A stretch of DNA of 64,000 bases from Podarcis pityusensis. Its lineage: Eukaryota. Below the pieces are notes generated by a model that saw nothing but the letters and a program-made list of their open reading frames with translations, was not told where the DNA came from and ran no database searches. Below are positions 1 through 14,336 of this stretch, piece after piece. The translations under genes were made by a program, and so were the position numbers. The DNA is taken from the NCBI GenBank assembly GCA_964106645.2, contig OZ067039.1; one strand, given 5' to 3'. The first letter of the stretch is position 1; the number at the start of each line of letters is the position of its first letter.

Positions 1-919
1 GCAAGCCAGCCAAACTATTGGAAATTTCTTGCCACTTAGTTTAAACCACACTTTTCCCATTTGTCATCCTCACTGGCTTTCTATGTTCATTCAAGAGTGC
101 AGCCCCCCCAAACATATGGTATTACTCTGCCTGGAGCACAATAAATTGATTTCTCAATAGCAACTACAGTTACAAAATACCAGCAAAGAACAATGTGTTA
201 AGACACGGACTACGAGATGCTCTGCCTTAGCCACCGATTGCACTTTAGTGGGATTTCCCCCCCCCCCCGCTCTCTAAGCACCATTTACTCACCTTTTTGA
301 GCAATTTCCTTGTCATCAATGATTGCATTCGTTTTTGTAAGAGTTGGAGCCGCAACATTACCTTCCTGACTCCTTATACAGATGTGCCTCCAGCCCTTTT
401 TCTGTGTGGTGCTGCGCTCATTGCAGCAATGGCAAGGCGGAGGCAGGAGGAGAATATCCCCTGTAATCGAAGCTCTCATAGATGGACACAGATTCAAAGG
501 GGATGTCGGAAGTGCTAAGCGTGTGCTGATGATGGAGCCAATCCAGAGACCAGTGAATTCACAAGAGGAAGCTCCTACATAATTTGGCCCAAGCTACTGC
601 TTCATTTTGGCTGGGGGGGGGTGGTACTCTGCAGCTTAGTTGACATAAGAGTTGAGAGGCCTTGTCACCATGACCTTTGCCTTTGTGTTCAAGTCACTGG
701 TCACTATATTCAAAGTTTGGAAATAATGTTCTTCCTCACTGCCCCCCCCCCACAACACATAATGGTGGTCTTGAGGATTAACACATTTGACGAGAAGCTC
801 TGGGTGCAATGGTACTTGGGTTTGGTTTCCTTTGCTTGAGGGAGCAGTTCTGGAATATTTGCTCTGTTTTAAGAATCAAAACAAGAAAAGCATACATGGA
901 GACACAAAAATATCTATTC

Positions 920-1530
920 CCAGGGCCAGATTTAGGTTTGATGAGGACTAAACTACTAAAGGTAATGGGGCCCTTTATATGTCCAACTGTCCTTTGTCAA
1001 CAACAAATTGTCGGTGTATTTTGTGTTGAATATATGCTATATGGTAATTTATGGACCCAACAGGTATCTGAAGCCATTTGCACATAACAAAATATGTATT
1101 TTATCAAAGTAATTGTTGAACTGAAATACAATTAAGAAGTATGTTAATAGTGAGATACAATTACCGTATTTTTTGCTCTATAAGACTCACTTTTTCCCTC
1201 CTAAAAAGTAAGGGGAAATGTGTGTGCGTCTTATGGAGCAAATGCAGGCTGCGCAGCTATCCCAGAAGCCAGAACAGCAAGAGGGATTGCTGCTTTCACT
1301 GCGCAGCGATCCCTCTTGCTGTTCTGGCTTCTGAGATTCAGAATATATTTTTTCTTGTTTTCCTCCTCCAAAAACTAGGTGCGTCTTATGGTCTGGTGCG
1401 TCTTATAGAGCGAAAAATATGGTAAGGTGAAATATATTAATAGTGAAATAATTATTAAGCTCTAACTGTATGTAGGTTTTATTTTATTTGTTTTTTATCC
1501 TATATTTTGGAAGAGTACATCCAGGTTTTT
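920..1530. mobile_element. Non-autonomous DNA-transposon-like repeat fragment, interrupted by a MITE
   Basis: Starts CAGGGCCAGATTTAGG (hAT-like terminus) with an AT-rich body. Right end not resolved. Confidence 0.4.
1164..1422. mobile_element. Tc1/mariner(pogo)-type MITE
   Basis: TIRs CCGTATTTTTTGCTCTATAAGAC / GTCTTATAGAGCGAAAAATATGG, TA on both sides, and an internal ~30-bp-arm hairpin at 1263-1332. Confidence 0.85.
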
Positions 1531-4500
1531 TTCCTGGATGCTGTGAAAAACCTTTTATGCATGAGCAGCACCAAATCCACAAAAAAATGAAACACAGAAG
1601 AATCTGACCCCTCAGGAATGTTACTCAGAAGTAAGCTTCACTGAGCTCACCAGGACTTCCTGCTACTGAGTAATCCTGTGCATAGAACTGAAGCCTTATT
1701 CCTCACCACATGTACACTCTGTGGCACAACATCTGTCTGAAGGAAGCTCTGTGGCCATTGTCTTCCTATTATTTCAGAGCGTTCTTGCTCTGTTGCCATA
1801 CATCCAAGCCTGCAAACAGACTTATCTGCCGTGACAATGCAGCAAAAGGATATACTGACACACAGCTTGTCATCAAGGCTGTGCTTCATCAGCAACAGCG
1901 AGGGAGTTCAGAGAATGTGATTGGTTTAGCAGGAGGGTTGTGCAAGGGCAAGGAAAGTGAGGGCAAAGAACGCATGTGGCAACTTCTCTTTAAGACGATG
2001 CAGAAAGCAAAAGGTGAAAGGGAGCGGGAAAGGGAGCTGTTCTAGGAGGTTATATGTGGTGTGTGTTTCAGGGGCTGAACAACACGCAATCAAGCCACTT
2101 CTTGATGAAATACTCCAATAAAGAGGGTAAAGTGCTAGGATGTCCATTCAAGTTGCAATCGCTAGACAATTACTTTTGCGACACTGTTTATTTTTATGGA
2201 CAACTGCAGATTTTCTCTATATGGAAGCATTTCTATTTAAGGAACACAAAACTGCAGGTCTGTCCTGCTTGTGGGGAATGATATAATGATCCCCAGAGCT
2301 GGTCAGCTTCTTGTAATTGAAGCAACTCTGTATGGCACTGTTAAATCCCAAAGTGTTTATATCTAACCCTTCTAATGTTCGTGGAAGCTCCTTCAACTTT
2401 ATGCTGCCAACATCTTCTCATGGTGGTGAACACCCAGTCCCAAATGCTGCAGGTTTCAAAAACGAGAGCAGCCAGGACCAAATTGGCAATTGTCTCAGGT
2501 GTTGACCTTGTGGAAGTCAATAAACAGTTTGCTGATGGGCACTCCTGTTTCTCTTGAATGCCAAGGACGACTGCATAATTTTTTTGGAGGCTGTTTCTGT
2601 CAGCTGGGGTTAAAAAGGGATAAAATGCTCTATGGCTTTCTGATATTAATGGGATATATTTTCCAGGTTTCTTACCATCTCCACAGAATGAGGCAAGAGG
2701 GAAGAGAGAGAAAGGCATTCAGTTCTCCACATTCATTTGCAATTTTTCACACACAAAAAGTCCTCATGAAAATTCACCAGCATTTTACCCAAATCTATCC
2801 TAATACACAATTTTTTGTATACAATTTTGCCTAGGATACAAGCAATTTCCCCTCATAGAATGTATTTCTATATGGTACTGTCACTAATGCAGGCATTTGA
2901 AGGGAAGCTTTCCCAAATACACAGATTTTTGTCCACATTTCTGGGTTGAAGCGCTGCATTTCAAAAGTCAGAGAAATGCAAATTTAGGATGGTTGTGTTT
3001 CAATTAACGTATTGGTTCAGCAAGGGTGAATTAGGTAGCTCTGCCTTTAAGTGCAAACTGAACCAATTTTCTCCCCTCAAAATGTCTTGAGACCGCCCTG
3101 CGGCCTACTTTTTCCTTAGCTGCTTCAGCTCCATACCTCAGCACCCGCCATTGTTTTTCTGGGTCCTGAAGTAACCGAAATGCAGCCTGCAGGTCCCTTC
3201 TGATTTGGATCGTCTTCCTAGTTAGGGTCTACAGAGAGCTATTATGGAATCATGAAGCTTTTATGAAATTCTTTTAGAGAAGGCATTGTTCCTGTTTTCT
3301 ACAATCACATAACTAGCTTTTCGTTGCCTTCTAATTCAACACACATGGAGAATTTTGCACAGTGACAACAAAGTGTGTTTTGTTCTGTGTCACCCGATAA
3401 ATAATTCGCCATCAGAAGGCTTGGATGCTGTTCTTAGAGTCAAGGATCATTGTTCCGCTCGATTCAGGAAGTTGGCAGCCTTCCTTTTCCTTCTTCCCAA
3501 GAGAATTGGGTCACTCGAAACATTGAGTAACAGTCAGCCTAGTACCCCCAACAAGATGTTCACAAAATGCCGCTGACTGGCAGGGAGGGAGAGGAGAGCG
3601 GTGGCTTAATTTGCTATTCAGCAAATGTTTACAGACAGCAGCTATTTCTTATTTTTTGCAATAGGTTTGTAACTGTTACTGCTGCATTCCTCCCAGTCTT
3701 ATCGCTCATAATCATAACACAATCACTCATGTGATTAGTGCCTGGCTAAACGTATTGGGTTCTGATGGAGTAATATGTATAAATATGTGTAAACACCTGT
3801 CTGAAGGAGAAGTCTAATCACTGCAGAAGCTGACATGCTGTTACACCGGCTCTTTAACACTATTTAATAGATATGCCTCAAAGTCAAGGCTGAACTGTCA
3901 AATCTTCACAGAACCTGGGGTCTCCTAATGCTCCCAAGGAGCTCATCTTAAATCTCAAAGTCAGGCTTATCCACCTAGATTCCCCCCCTCCCCAATTCCA
4001 ATCCCTCTCCTTCATCTCAAACAGAAGTGAGTTCTCCCCCTGTTCCGCTAAACATATGAACAGCTATTGCATATTACATACATTGTATATTTAATATTAT
4101 ATGCACACTGACACATAATATTCTCCACATTTCCTAGAGCAAACAGCACATAAGCAGATACATGCAAAATGAATACATAGGATGGTAGCCAATTAAGTTT
4201 TACTCAGAGTAGACCCATCGAAATTAATGACCATTAATTTCAGTGGGTCCCCTCTGAGTAAACCTCTTCTGAACACCACCCACTTCTATTCACATTCTTC
4301 TAAAATTACGCAGCAGAAATATGGCACAGCATGGGGCTTGACTCTTTTATGTGGCCTTTTTTGCATATAATTTTGCACATAATTAGTCAGCCTTTTGATT
4401 TATAACCGGCAGAGTGACAGATAAAAGCGTATAATCAAAATGGAATGGGTGTCAGTGGGTGGTAGCCAGATAATATCAAACAGCGTTCAGGTCAAATGGC

Positions 4501-6451
4501 AGCAATAACAGCAGCAACAACAACAACATATTCATGTGGCAGCAGAATATCACCAAAAAGGGGTCTAAATGAAATTACCAGGGCAGGGGGTTCCAAAGAC
4601 TCCCTGATTTAAATGACAAACACAAGTCTGGGTGGAAAAAGAGAGAGGTTCTACTGTGTTTTCATATTTCGTTTATCAGAAACTGACCTCTCCTCTTCAG
4701 GGTTGTTGTTTTCAATCAATTATTTCTATATCTTTTAAAAACAAACTCCTGTTCATTGTTCTTTGATAGACAGTTAGTGATCCTCTGTGCTTTGCAGTGC
4801 ATTGCTAATGTGGCTGTGGATTTCCTCAGTGTTAGAGGCCATATTTTGAATAAATCTTTTATCTGAAATGTAGCCTGTTCCACACAGTAGGCATATTCAT
4901 TAGTATCATTGACAGTATACATAAGACTGGATATACCCTGGTGCTTTAGAGCAAGTGGGCCCTCCAGATATGGTTGGACTTCAGTTCCCATCAGCCTCAG
5001 CCAAAATGGCTGATGGTTAGGGGTGGTGGGTGTTGGAGTCCATCAACTTCAACTCAGAATGCCCCCGTGCCTGCTTCAGATGCTGCTGGTGAACCAACAA
5101 TTGCGCTCTGTTGCATAACGATATCACAAATGCTAAGTCACTTGGCAAGTATTCTTACTTTTTCTCTCTTTTTTTACATCAAACATGCAAGTTAGCATAT
5201 AGTTTTGTTTGTTTGCATGCCGGCTTGGCCCCCCTGGTGTGCCTAGGAGGTGATATTGTGCAACAGTTGCGTTAAAACATCCAGTACATTTCTGATAGCT
5301 CTGGCTCTTGTTTGCCAGAACAATTGACTCTGAGCGCACACACTTATCGGCAGAGGCCTAAACAAATTAACTTTATTATTTTTCGCTGACTGAACGTCAA
5401 GGTCTTCCAGGGCTGCGGTTGCTGTAGCGACACAAGGGCGCACGCATTAAATGATCAACATCAATGCCAAAGCTATCAGAGTTGAAATGGCCAAAAGTTA
5501 AACGTTAACTTCAATCTTCTGTTTGCTTTTTTAAAAAAAAAAAAAAAAAAAAAGAGGGAGAGAGAGAGTCCAGATTCATTTAGTTATCAATTGCTCGATG
5601 GAACCACTTTGGAAAGAACTGTGGAAAACATGACCATAGGAATTTTTATATGAACGACTAACCGCTGACTATACTACTCAGGTATCTTCTCTGTGACAGT
5701 AAGCAGATACTGCATGGCAAGGTGCAAAAAATAGCCATAATGGGCTGTTATGCAATAAGAATGAAACGTGAGAATTATGACAGCTATGCCCTATAGCACA
5801 AGCCGGGGATTTCATAATGTTCTATCTTAGGAGCATTTCTGTGAGGGATTTGAGAATGACAGCTATATGAAGAAACATAATCCCTTCCTTATCTTCTATG
5901 GAGGCCTCACATCTTCTCAGGATCAGTTGATTACCTGCAGATCCTGCTCAGCGAAAGGGCATTGCTGATGCTTCCAGCAGCATATGGTGTGCATTGCTAG
6001 AGCTATATGCACGGTAAACAGTTAGGGACACTACCAGCAGCACTATAACCACTGCTAGCACTCCCATAGCCCTGTCACTAACTTTATCATGCATACAGCT
6101 CCATCAATGTGCCATACATGGCAAGGTAGCTGACAGGAAAGGGTACAGGTTCATCCTGGGCTTGTTTGCTTACTCAAGAATCAAAAGGCCTTTCATCTCC
6201 TGATTCTCAGGGTTATCATTTGGAGGCTGTTGCAGCCTCATTGCAATGCCATGTAGAAATCCAAACTTCCCCCCATACAAAATCAGGGTCAGCAGCACAG
6301 GGCCAACTGATGCTTGCGCACTGCAGTGTCATGTAGGAATCCAACCCTTAATAAGAGATACATGAAGGTGGTTGGCACCATTTTGAAGGGTGTGTTTTGT
6401 AAGCCTCCACACATATGCTGAGTGGTTGCCTGCTTTCTTGTCAAAGACCAG

Positions 6452-7863
6452 AAATAGTTGTCCCTATTTTCAAAAAGGGGAAAAAAGAGGACCCAAATAA
6501 TTACCGCCCAGTCAGTCTGACATCAATACCAGGGAAGATTCTGGAGCAGATCATTAAGCAAACAGTCTGTGAGCACCTAGAAAGGAATGCTGTGATCACC
6601 AATAGTCAGCATGGATTAATGAAAAATAAGTCATGCCAGACTAACCTGATCTCGTTTTTTGACAGAATTACAAGCCTGGTAGATGAAGGGAACGCAGTGG
6701 ATGTAGCCTACCTTGATTTCAGCAAGGCATTTGACAAGGTGCCCCATGATATTCTTGTAAAGAAGCTGGTAAAATGCGGTCTTGACTAGGCTACCACTCA
6801 GTGGATTTGTAACTGGCTGACTGACCGAACCCAAAGGGTGCTCATCAATGGTTCCTCTTCATCCTGGAGAAGAGTGACTAGTGGGGTGCCACAGGGTTCT
6901 GTCTTGGGCCCAGTCTTATTCAACATCTTTATCAATGACTTGGATGATGGACTCAAGGGCATCCTGATCAAATTTGCAGATGACACCAAACTGGGAGGGG
7001 TGGCTAACACCCCAGAGGACAGGATCACACTTCAAAACGACCTTGACAGATTAGAGAACTGGGCCAAAACAAACAAGATGAATTTTAACAGGGAGAAATG
7101 TAAAGTATTGCACTTGGGCAAAAAAAATGAGAGGCACAAATACAAGATGGGTGACACCTGGCTTGAGAGCAGTACATGTGAAAAGGATCTAGGAGTCTTG
7201 GTTGATCACAAACTTGACATGAGCCAACAGTGTGACGCGGCAGCTAAAAAAGCCAATGCAATTCTGGGCTGCATCAATAGGAGTATAGCATCTAGATCAA
7301 GGGAAGTAATAGTGCCACTGTATTCTGCTCTGGTCAGACCTCACCTGGAGTACTGTGTCCAGTTCTGGGCACCACAGTTCAAGAAGGACACTGACAAACT
7401 GGAACGTGTCCAGAGGAGGGTTGAAGTTACCAAAACGTTCAAAGGCCTGGAAACAATGCCTTATGGGGAACGGCTAAGGGAGCTGGGCATGTTTAGCCTG
7501 GAGAAGAGGAGGTTAAGGGGTGATATGATAGCCATGTTCAAATATATAAAAGGATGTCACATAGAGGAGGGAGAAAGGTTGTTTTCTGCTGCTCCAGAGA
7601 AGCGGACACGGAGCAATGGATCCAAACTACAAGAAAGAAGATTCCACCTAAACATTAGGAAGAACTTCCTGACAGTAAGAGCTGTTCGACAGTGGAATTT
7701 GCTGCCAAGGAGTGTGGTGGAGTCTCCTTCTTTGGAGGTCTTTAAGCAGAGGCTTGACAACCATATGTCAGGAGTGCTCTGATGGTGTTTCCTGCTTGGC
7801 AGGGGGTTGGACTCGATGGCCCTTGTGGTCTCTTCCAACTTTATGATTCTATGATTCTATGAT
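6452..7863 (+). mobile_element. CR1 LINE, 5'-truncated (RT and C-terminal part of ORF2 plus 3' UTR)
   Basis: Motifs [52 protein letters not shown] and the CR1 terminal (ATTCTATG)n repeat at 7841-7863. One in-frame TAG at 6787-6789 splits the two ORF-track calls, which are in the same frame. Confidence 0.95.
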
Positions 7864-8085
7864 CTCTTAGTCAGTACAACATCCGTGGAGATGTCAGTCC
7901 ACGGTATTGTCAAGCTGAGGGCTAGGCCCCATACCACACCTTGACCATTAGGTCTATTTGCGTGTGAAGCTGGGTCCTCACAAAACAAGATAGTGGGTTA
8001 TTCTCATGTTAGGTTTTGTAGTTGCCTCCTCTGAAGGAGGAGGTTAGTAGTTTATGGGTGCTCCTTGCTCTAGCATTGTCACTGG

Positions 8086-8272
8086 TAGCGATATGAGGTG
8101 AGAATATTATCCGGAGAATATTCTCGAGAATATTCCCTGCTAGAAAATTCTCCAGAGAACATTCCCCACAAACTGTAAATTCTGTGTCATCTACACAGCT
8201 GCTTTAAATGTACACACCTCATTAATTGAGAATATTCTCCAAAAGATTATTATCGAGAATTTAACATCACTA
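8086..8272. mobile_element. hAT-type MITE
   Basis: Perfect 8-bp TSD GTCACTGG (8078-8085, 8273-8280), imperfect TIR TAGCGATAT / ACATCACTA, and repeated internal GAGAATATTCTC palindromes. Confidence 0.75.
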
Positions 8273-8339
8273 GTCACTGGAAACCCAGGAGGCCTCAGTG
8301 GCAATGCCTGTTTCCATGTACAGCTGTTTCACCGGGGCT

Positions 8340-8440
8340 GAAATGGTCTTGTGACACTGGTTCATGATCTCAAGTAACTTCACATTTAGACTACTGCAAT
8401 GTGTACTGCATAGGGCTACCCTTGGAGACAAGCAACTCAC
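8340..8440 (+). mobile_element. Degenerate L2-type LINE ORF2 fragment
   Basis: Translates to ...VTSHLDYCNVYCIGLPLE, resembling the L2 ORF2 SRLDYCN...GLP motif. Confidence 0.5.
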
Positions 8441-10655
8441 TTAGAGACTTATAAACAGAACATATTGGTCTATGGCCATAATAAAGATTTGGATTGGATT
8501 GGATTATAAACAAGCTGGTGGCAGTGCTACCTAAGGGTCAATATTGTGGATGTTCACAGATGGTTCCTGACAGTAAGGTCATAAAAACCAGCTTTCCATC
8601 AGCTCTGATAAAGCAAAACTATTTGAATTAGTCTGCAAACAATCTACAATGCAAAATAATTTGTGGAGAAGCAAGGCTGTGAGACCCAGCTTGGTGCAAT
8701 TTAGCTTACACTGCTGAGTAAACAGACCAGAGCAAAGGCAAAAGCCAGCTTTCTCAGTAGGAATGAGGGAGACGTGCCTTTTAAGTCAGGTGTCCCCACT
8801 TAGAGAAGGAGGGTTGGAAAGTATGCCTGTTCCAACCTAACAGTTCAGTCAAGCATTTTTAGGCAGTCTGCTGCCAATCAAGAAAGAAAAGAGAGGTCTT
8901 TCTTCTGCTGCTGTGGTACTCTCCTCATGCCCTGTCCATGGTTCTCATTTTAGCACTGCACGTTCAGCTTAACAGCCCAACAAACAGATGTGCCCTTATC
9001 AGCTGTTGGCTCTACCTTTACTCATAAAACTAGGGAGAAATGTTTAGCTGATAGTTATGAGACCACCCTCCTTCCCAGCGCTAAAACTCTGTTTACATGG
9101 GTGTTGTTGTTTTTTAAAGGACATAGCTAGAACCCAGGACTTCCAAATTTTGTATCTCCATCTAGTTATGACTATTTCATATAGGAAGTATAAAATAATC
9201 AGTGGTGCTTTTTTGGAAGAAGAACCAAGAAGCAGCCCACTGTTTACAAAGATATCCATTCCTGGAACCCATTTTTTTAAAGAAAGAAAAAAGGAGAGAA
9301 GTGCCAAGAGTTCAGTGCCTCTCCATTCCAAAGAAGCACTAAATATAGAGGGTTTTTAAAAAACTATGTTCACAAATAAAACTAGCTATAACTGGTAAAA
9401 AACCATTATTTATCACCCATGTTCTGATGTGAATGACCGCATTTAAAAGTTCTGTGAATCCTAAATGTTTTACAGGTGAAACACAGATGTGGAATTGTTC
9501 GCTGGAAATGACTTGCTCTTTGCTCTTTATACCTTGGTCTCCTATTCAGCAATGCCTCAGACATGCAGTCTAGAAGCAAAAACAAGAACATGACCTCAGC
9601 TGTACAGTCTTGTTTTATTTTTTAGAGTAACAGAAGATGTGTAGCCAAGTGCAGCCATCTTCTCTAGCAGACATTTCAACAGTTTTTGTTAGCTCCAGTG
9701 GATGCAGAAATTTCTCACAACTCCTCCATCCGCATTTTAGTGCGAATTGGCCCCAATAAACACTTTTTTTAATCTTCAGTTTTAACTAGTGTACACATTT
9801 TCCCCAATAGAATTCATTTTTGTATGACGGTTTCACTAAAATCTTCCCCCTAATGTATGCATTTTTGTAAACACTGGTTACTCAGACAACTGCATCGCAA
9901 AATTCGGCGATGTGCAAATTTCGAAGGGTAGCTGGGAGGTGCAAATTTGATAGATTCAACTTTAAATGTGTGTTGAATCAGATGTCTCCTCCATCCCGAT
10001 CTCCAACTTAACACCAGAAGCAGCAGCGGAGTCTTAGCGCCTGCTTCCACCTCCCTCTGCATTTTGAAAGCAACCCTCGCTCAGCAAACACAAAATATGT
10101 TTACTGCAGAAACTTTGCACTTCAACCACTGCACTCAGTGCCCCGCCATGTGTTTGTTCTTTTTATACCTCCACAAGGAACAGATCCTTGCTCTTCTGAG
10201 ATCGTAGCGGTATAGGGCATTTATTTAAGGCAGATGGAGGGATACTTAAACCCGCTGTCTCATTAGGCTGATTTATTCACTTATTTTTAGATGGGTTGGA
10301 AAGACGACATGTGAGCTAGCAGGATCAGGAGGCAAGCCAGAGTGTCGTTCATATGTCATGGCCTCGGAGGTGCTAAGGGCTTCCCTATCTGCTGCAGGCA
10401 GAGACAGCTCTGAATTCTGAGCACCTCTGGGCTGGCCACCACTAGCTCCCAACCCCAGGGCCCTCTTTTTGTTTCAATATGCAACAGAATATTCAATGAA
10501 AATGTGCAATGAAGAGCAGACCATAAATGCTCAAATAATAACAACCACCCCACTGAGTTGATTTCCCAGCTGCTGAATTTGCACCATTTACATGCAGAAG
10601 AGGATCAGAAGCAGTAGGAAGGGCACTGAATGAGCTCGTCCACACTTTTGCTAGT

Positions 10656-10870
10656 CCCATGTCAGATGTCAAAGAGATAAACAACTACCTGACATTTAGA
10701 AGACATCTAGAAGACACCTGAAGGCAGCCCTGTTCAGGGAAGTTTTAATGTGTGACATTTTGATGTATTTTTAATGTATTTTTAATCTTTGTTGGAAGCC
10801 GCCCAGAGTGGCTGGCGAAGCCCAGGCACATGGGCAGGGTACAAATAATAAATTATTATTATTATTATTA
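10656..10870 (+). mobile_element. L2-type LINE 3' end
   Basis: Shares GAAGGCAGCCCTGTT...GGAAGCCGCCCAGAGTGGCTGG and a (TAT)n tail with the copies at 24.4-25.1 kb and 45.8-46.2 kb. Confidence 0.75.
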
Positions 10871-13800
10871 AGCATAGGTCTGAGAGGTTTTCCGCTTGAC
10901 CCACGCTGCTGAGGCATGGGTCCAGGTGGTTTCCCCCCTTCCCCGCTCCTTTTCCATGGAAAACCCACTGTTTAGTGCTAAACTGGAGGATACTTCAATA
11001 TGGAGAAAACCCAAATTGCTGTTTCCTCTGATTGAACACTAAAGAGCAGTTTTCCCCCAAGGAAGAGCAGCAGGACAAGAGGAAGTGTGGGTGTCTCTGA
11101 ATATCGGCTGCTGGGGATAGTGCTGTTACACTCATGTCCTGCTTACAGGCTTCTCACAGGCATCTGATTGTCCACTGTGACAATAGTATGCTGGACTACA
11201 TGGCCCACTGACCTGATCCAGCAGGACCTTCATATAGTCCCAGTTTCAGAATGCCTGTTGCAAGACTGCCTGGTTAGAGCAGAATCCCTGCAATACCTCT
11301 AGGAATGTGGGAGCTGCTTTTATGGGCTAGATCAAATGTCCATGCGCTCTTTCCTGGACCCTGAGCACTTCCAGGCAAACTGTTTTCTGAGCATTCGTCC
11401 TGATTTAGCTGTCACTGACCCTGTCACCCTCCAACTTGTGGAGGTTGACAGGGTGGAGGGGATTCTCTTTCTCATTCTCCCTGCTTCCAAGCTCATTTTA
11501 CACATGAGTATGATGCCTGAATATGATTTTACTAGAGAATAAGCTACACTGGACACAGTGGTACCTAAAGCACCTTTGGACTATTACAATTTTCGGGTGG
11601 GAGTAAACTGTAATACACAGAAATACAGGTTGTGCAATTAAAGGTGATTTGGAGCTCTTGCGCAACAAACCTACTTCCCCAGAAGATTTGACTTTTTGCT
11701 AGAAGGAAAGGGACAGGGAAATGCAATGCCATCTCAGCAAATGGATTCTCAATAAGCAGATCATCTGGAAGCAACATTAGTTCAGAGAATAGTGCTGGAT
11801 TCACCACAAATGACTGTTATTTTTTCTTTATCTTGGTTGTTTTGTGAATTTATATATACCCTGCCTTTTTAGAAGTCTTATCAGGTTTTTAAAATAAAAG
11901 TACATTTTTATAGAAGTATTTCATAGAATGCCAGTGAGAATAGAAGTAACAATGAAACACATATATAATTAAAATAGTGCAGCTAAAAGGATTTTTAAAA
12001 GCCGGTCAGTATATACATAGTTGTTTTGGGTTTGTTTTTTTATTTAAAAAAATCAAATCATAAAAGGCTTTCCCAACTATTAAATAAGTTTTCAAAGTGC
12101 GCTTCAAAGCACACAGAGAGGGGAACAGTTTCCCCAGGGAAATGGTTATGAACAATTAAGTGCGTGAGTGTAAGAGGTATACATTCCAAAGGCCAAAAAA
12201 AAAAAAAAAAAAACCCTTTGCTTGAAAACAAACAAGCATAGGGCAACTATTTGACCCATGTTGTTGAAATTGCTATAATTATAAGGTACAAAAAAAGGAA
12301 CCACAAAAATGTTCTTAAAATACAGTGGTGGTTCCTCCCCTACCCTGGATTTAAACTTGGAGATTTTCAAGAATGGATGCTTAAACCCCAGACACTCACA
12401 GCCAAGAAGAAAGCTATTCCCTCTCGTTTGATCTGGTTATCAGCAGCAGAGTATCGCAGAAGTGGGCATTCTATTTACATACTATAGCTAATAGTAGCCA
12501 TTGACAGATACTCCCTCCAGGAACTTGTGTAATTCTTTAAAAACAGTCTAAGCTAGTAGCCAACCGAGGGTGCCAACTTGAATAAAATATGGGGGGCCCA
12601 AGTCAGCCCCATCCTAAATAAATGATCACAAGACACAGTCCATGCACACCAGTTGAATGACAATGTGCAGACAATGTCTGGGGAGCTGAAGGGACCTTGG
12701 CCCCTAGGAGTTGGCTCCTATGTGGCCAAATGAAGCTATGTGGCACATTCCCTCTGTGATTGGCAGTTGTAAAGATTGGTAGATGAACAATTGGACATGC
12801 AAGTGATTCTGTGTAACTCATAGAAAAATATGGCCAATTCCTCTGGATACAGTAGTTAGTGTAAGTGCTATGCAGGTCGGCTCAGAGCTGCGGTTTCCCC
12901 TTCCCCAAATTGCTCTCCAGAGAGGCGTGATCATTAGCCTTTTTGGCACCAGTGTTCCTGTATCTTTTGAGGTGAAAGAGGATTTAAATGGTCCGCATTG
13001 CTTGCTGTCATTATTACTATTATGCTATTGAAGCAAGCCAATCTGCATAGGGGATTTCAGCCAAATAAGCCCAACAGCCAACAAAACAAAGCATTACATA
13101 CATCTCTCGCCTGGAAGTTGCTTTTATTTATGTTATTGGAAGTTGTCAGGGTGATGTCTGGGCTTGAGCCCCAAGGTGGAAAAATCTGGAGGTTGCTACA
13201 CAGTGGATCACTTTCCAGTTGGGCGGACTCACGCCTGTTATGCTGAACTGCAGGCTAGGTTGCCTCACAACACCACACATGTTTGGAAAGAGACGGAGGG
13301 TTGTCTGGTGCCCTGTGCTTCGTGGTGCCAAGGGCACCAGCCATCGCTCTTCATGAGGAGAAAATAGATGATGGCTTTTCATAAGAAAAACTGAAGTCAA
13401 CCCTGCCCACTTTTCAAATGGGCACATAATATTTTGGGTTCCCTTGGTACCAGAACAGAGTAATGAATAGTATGTTAAAAGCACATGTTCTTATGCTCTT
13501 ATAAGAAGAGGCCCACTGGATTATACTAAAAGCCTATCATGCTTCCTGTTTCCCACAGTGGACCAACAGTTGCCTTTGAGAGTGGCTGGGGAAACCCAGC
13601 CAGATGGGCGGGGTATAAATAACAAATTATTTTTATATTTATTGATATTATTATTTGAGAAGTCTTTAAGCAGATGAAGGCAATAGTCCTCCACCACCGT
13701 TGACCCAAAGAGTGGTATTCAGTAGTAGTATATTGCCTCTGAGGTTCTGTAACCACCAAGGCTAGGAACCATTGGTAGAGCAGAGATGAAATGTGATGTG

Positions 13801-14336
13801 AGAGACATAGGTTGATAACTCAGACCAGTCACTTGTTCACAGAGTGGCTCCAAACAAGCTGAAGTCTCTGCGCCTTGTTTCCATAGTTATAAAGAATGAG
13901 GTCCAAGTCCATGCTTCCAGTGAAGAAGAAGAAGAATTTTATTATTTATACCTTGACAGCCAAAACAGCATCTTTTGCTAGAGAACTAGCACAGCCATCT
14001 CCCTAGCCTAGAGAAAGTGAAGACGTTTAAAGGAAGATTAGGCACATTTACACAAGATAGACCTAGCAGTGAGCATTAGCCATAAAAGTTAAAAATGGAA
14101 GGCCCCTCTTTAGAAGCTGTATACCTCTGAGTATCAGAAGCCAAAGGGTATGATCATTAATTTGGTGCCTTTATGGGAGGGGAGCTTTCTCACAATCTTG
14201 GATGGTCACCACTGAAAGTAGATGATGTTCTCACTCACTGGAAGCCTTTGATGGTTCCCCTCCCATACAAAATTCAGCACTACACATAAGCATTGAATCC
14301 ATTGCCAGTCTGGTGGCTCCTTTGGAACATATGAAA

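Noticed and set aside
8086-8272. CRISPR-like or operator-like array of GAGAATATTCTC palindromes
   Set aside because: Eukaryotic DNA with irregular spacing; explained as subterminal repeats of a hAT MITE with an 8-bp TSD.
11332-11556. Overlapping ORFs on both strands suggesting an exon or pseudogene
   Set aside because: No recognisable protein motif or convincing splice sites in the frames examined.
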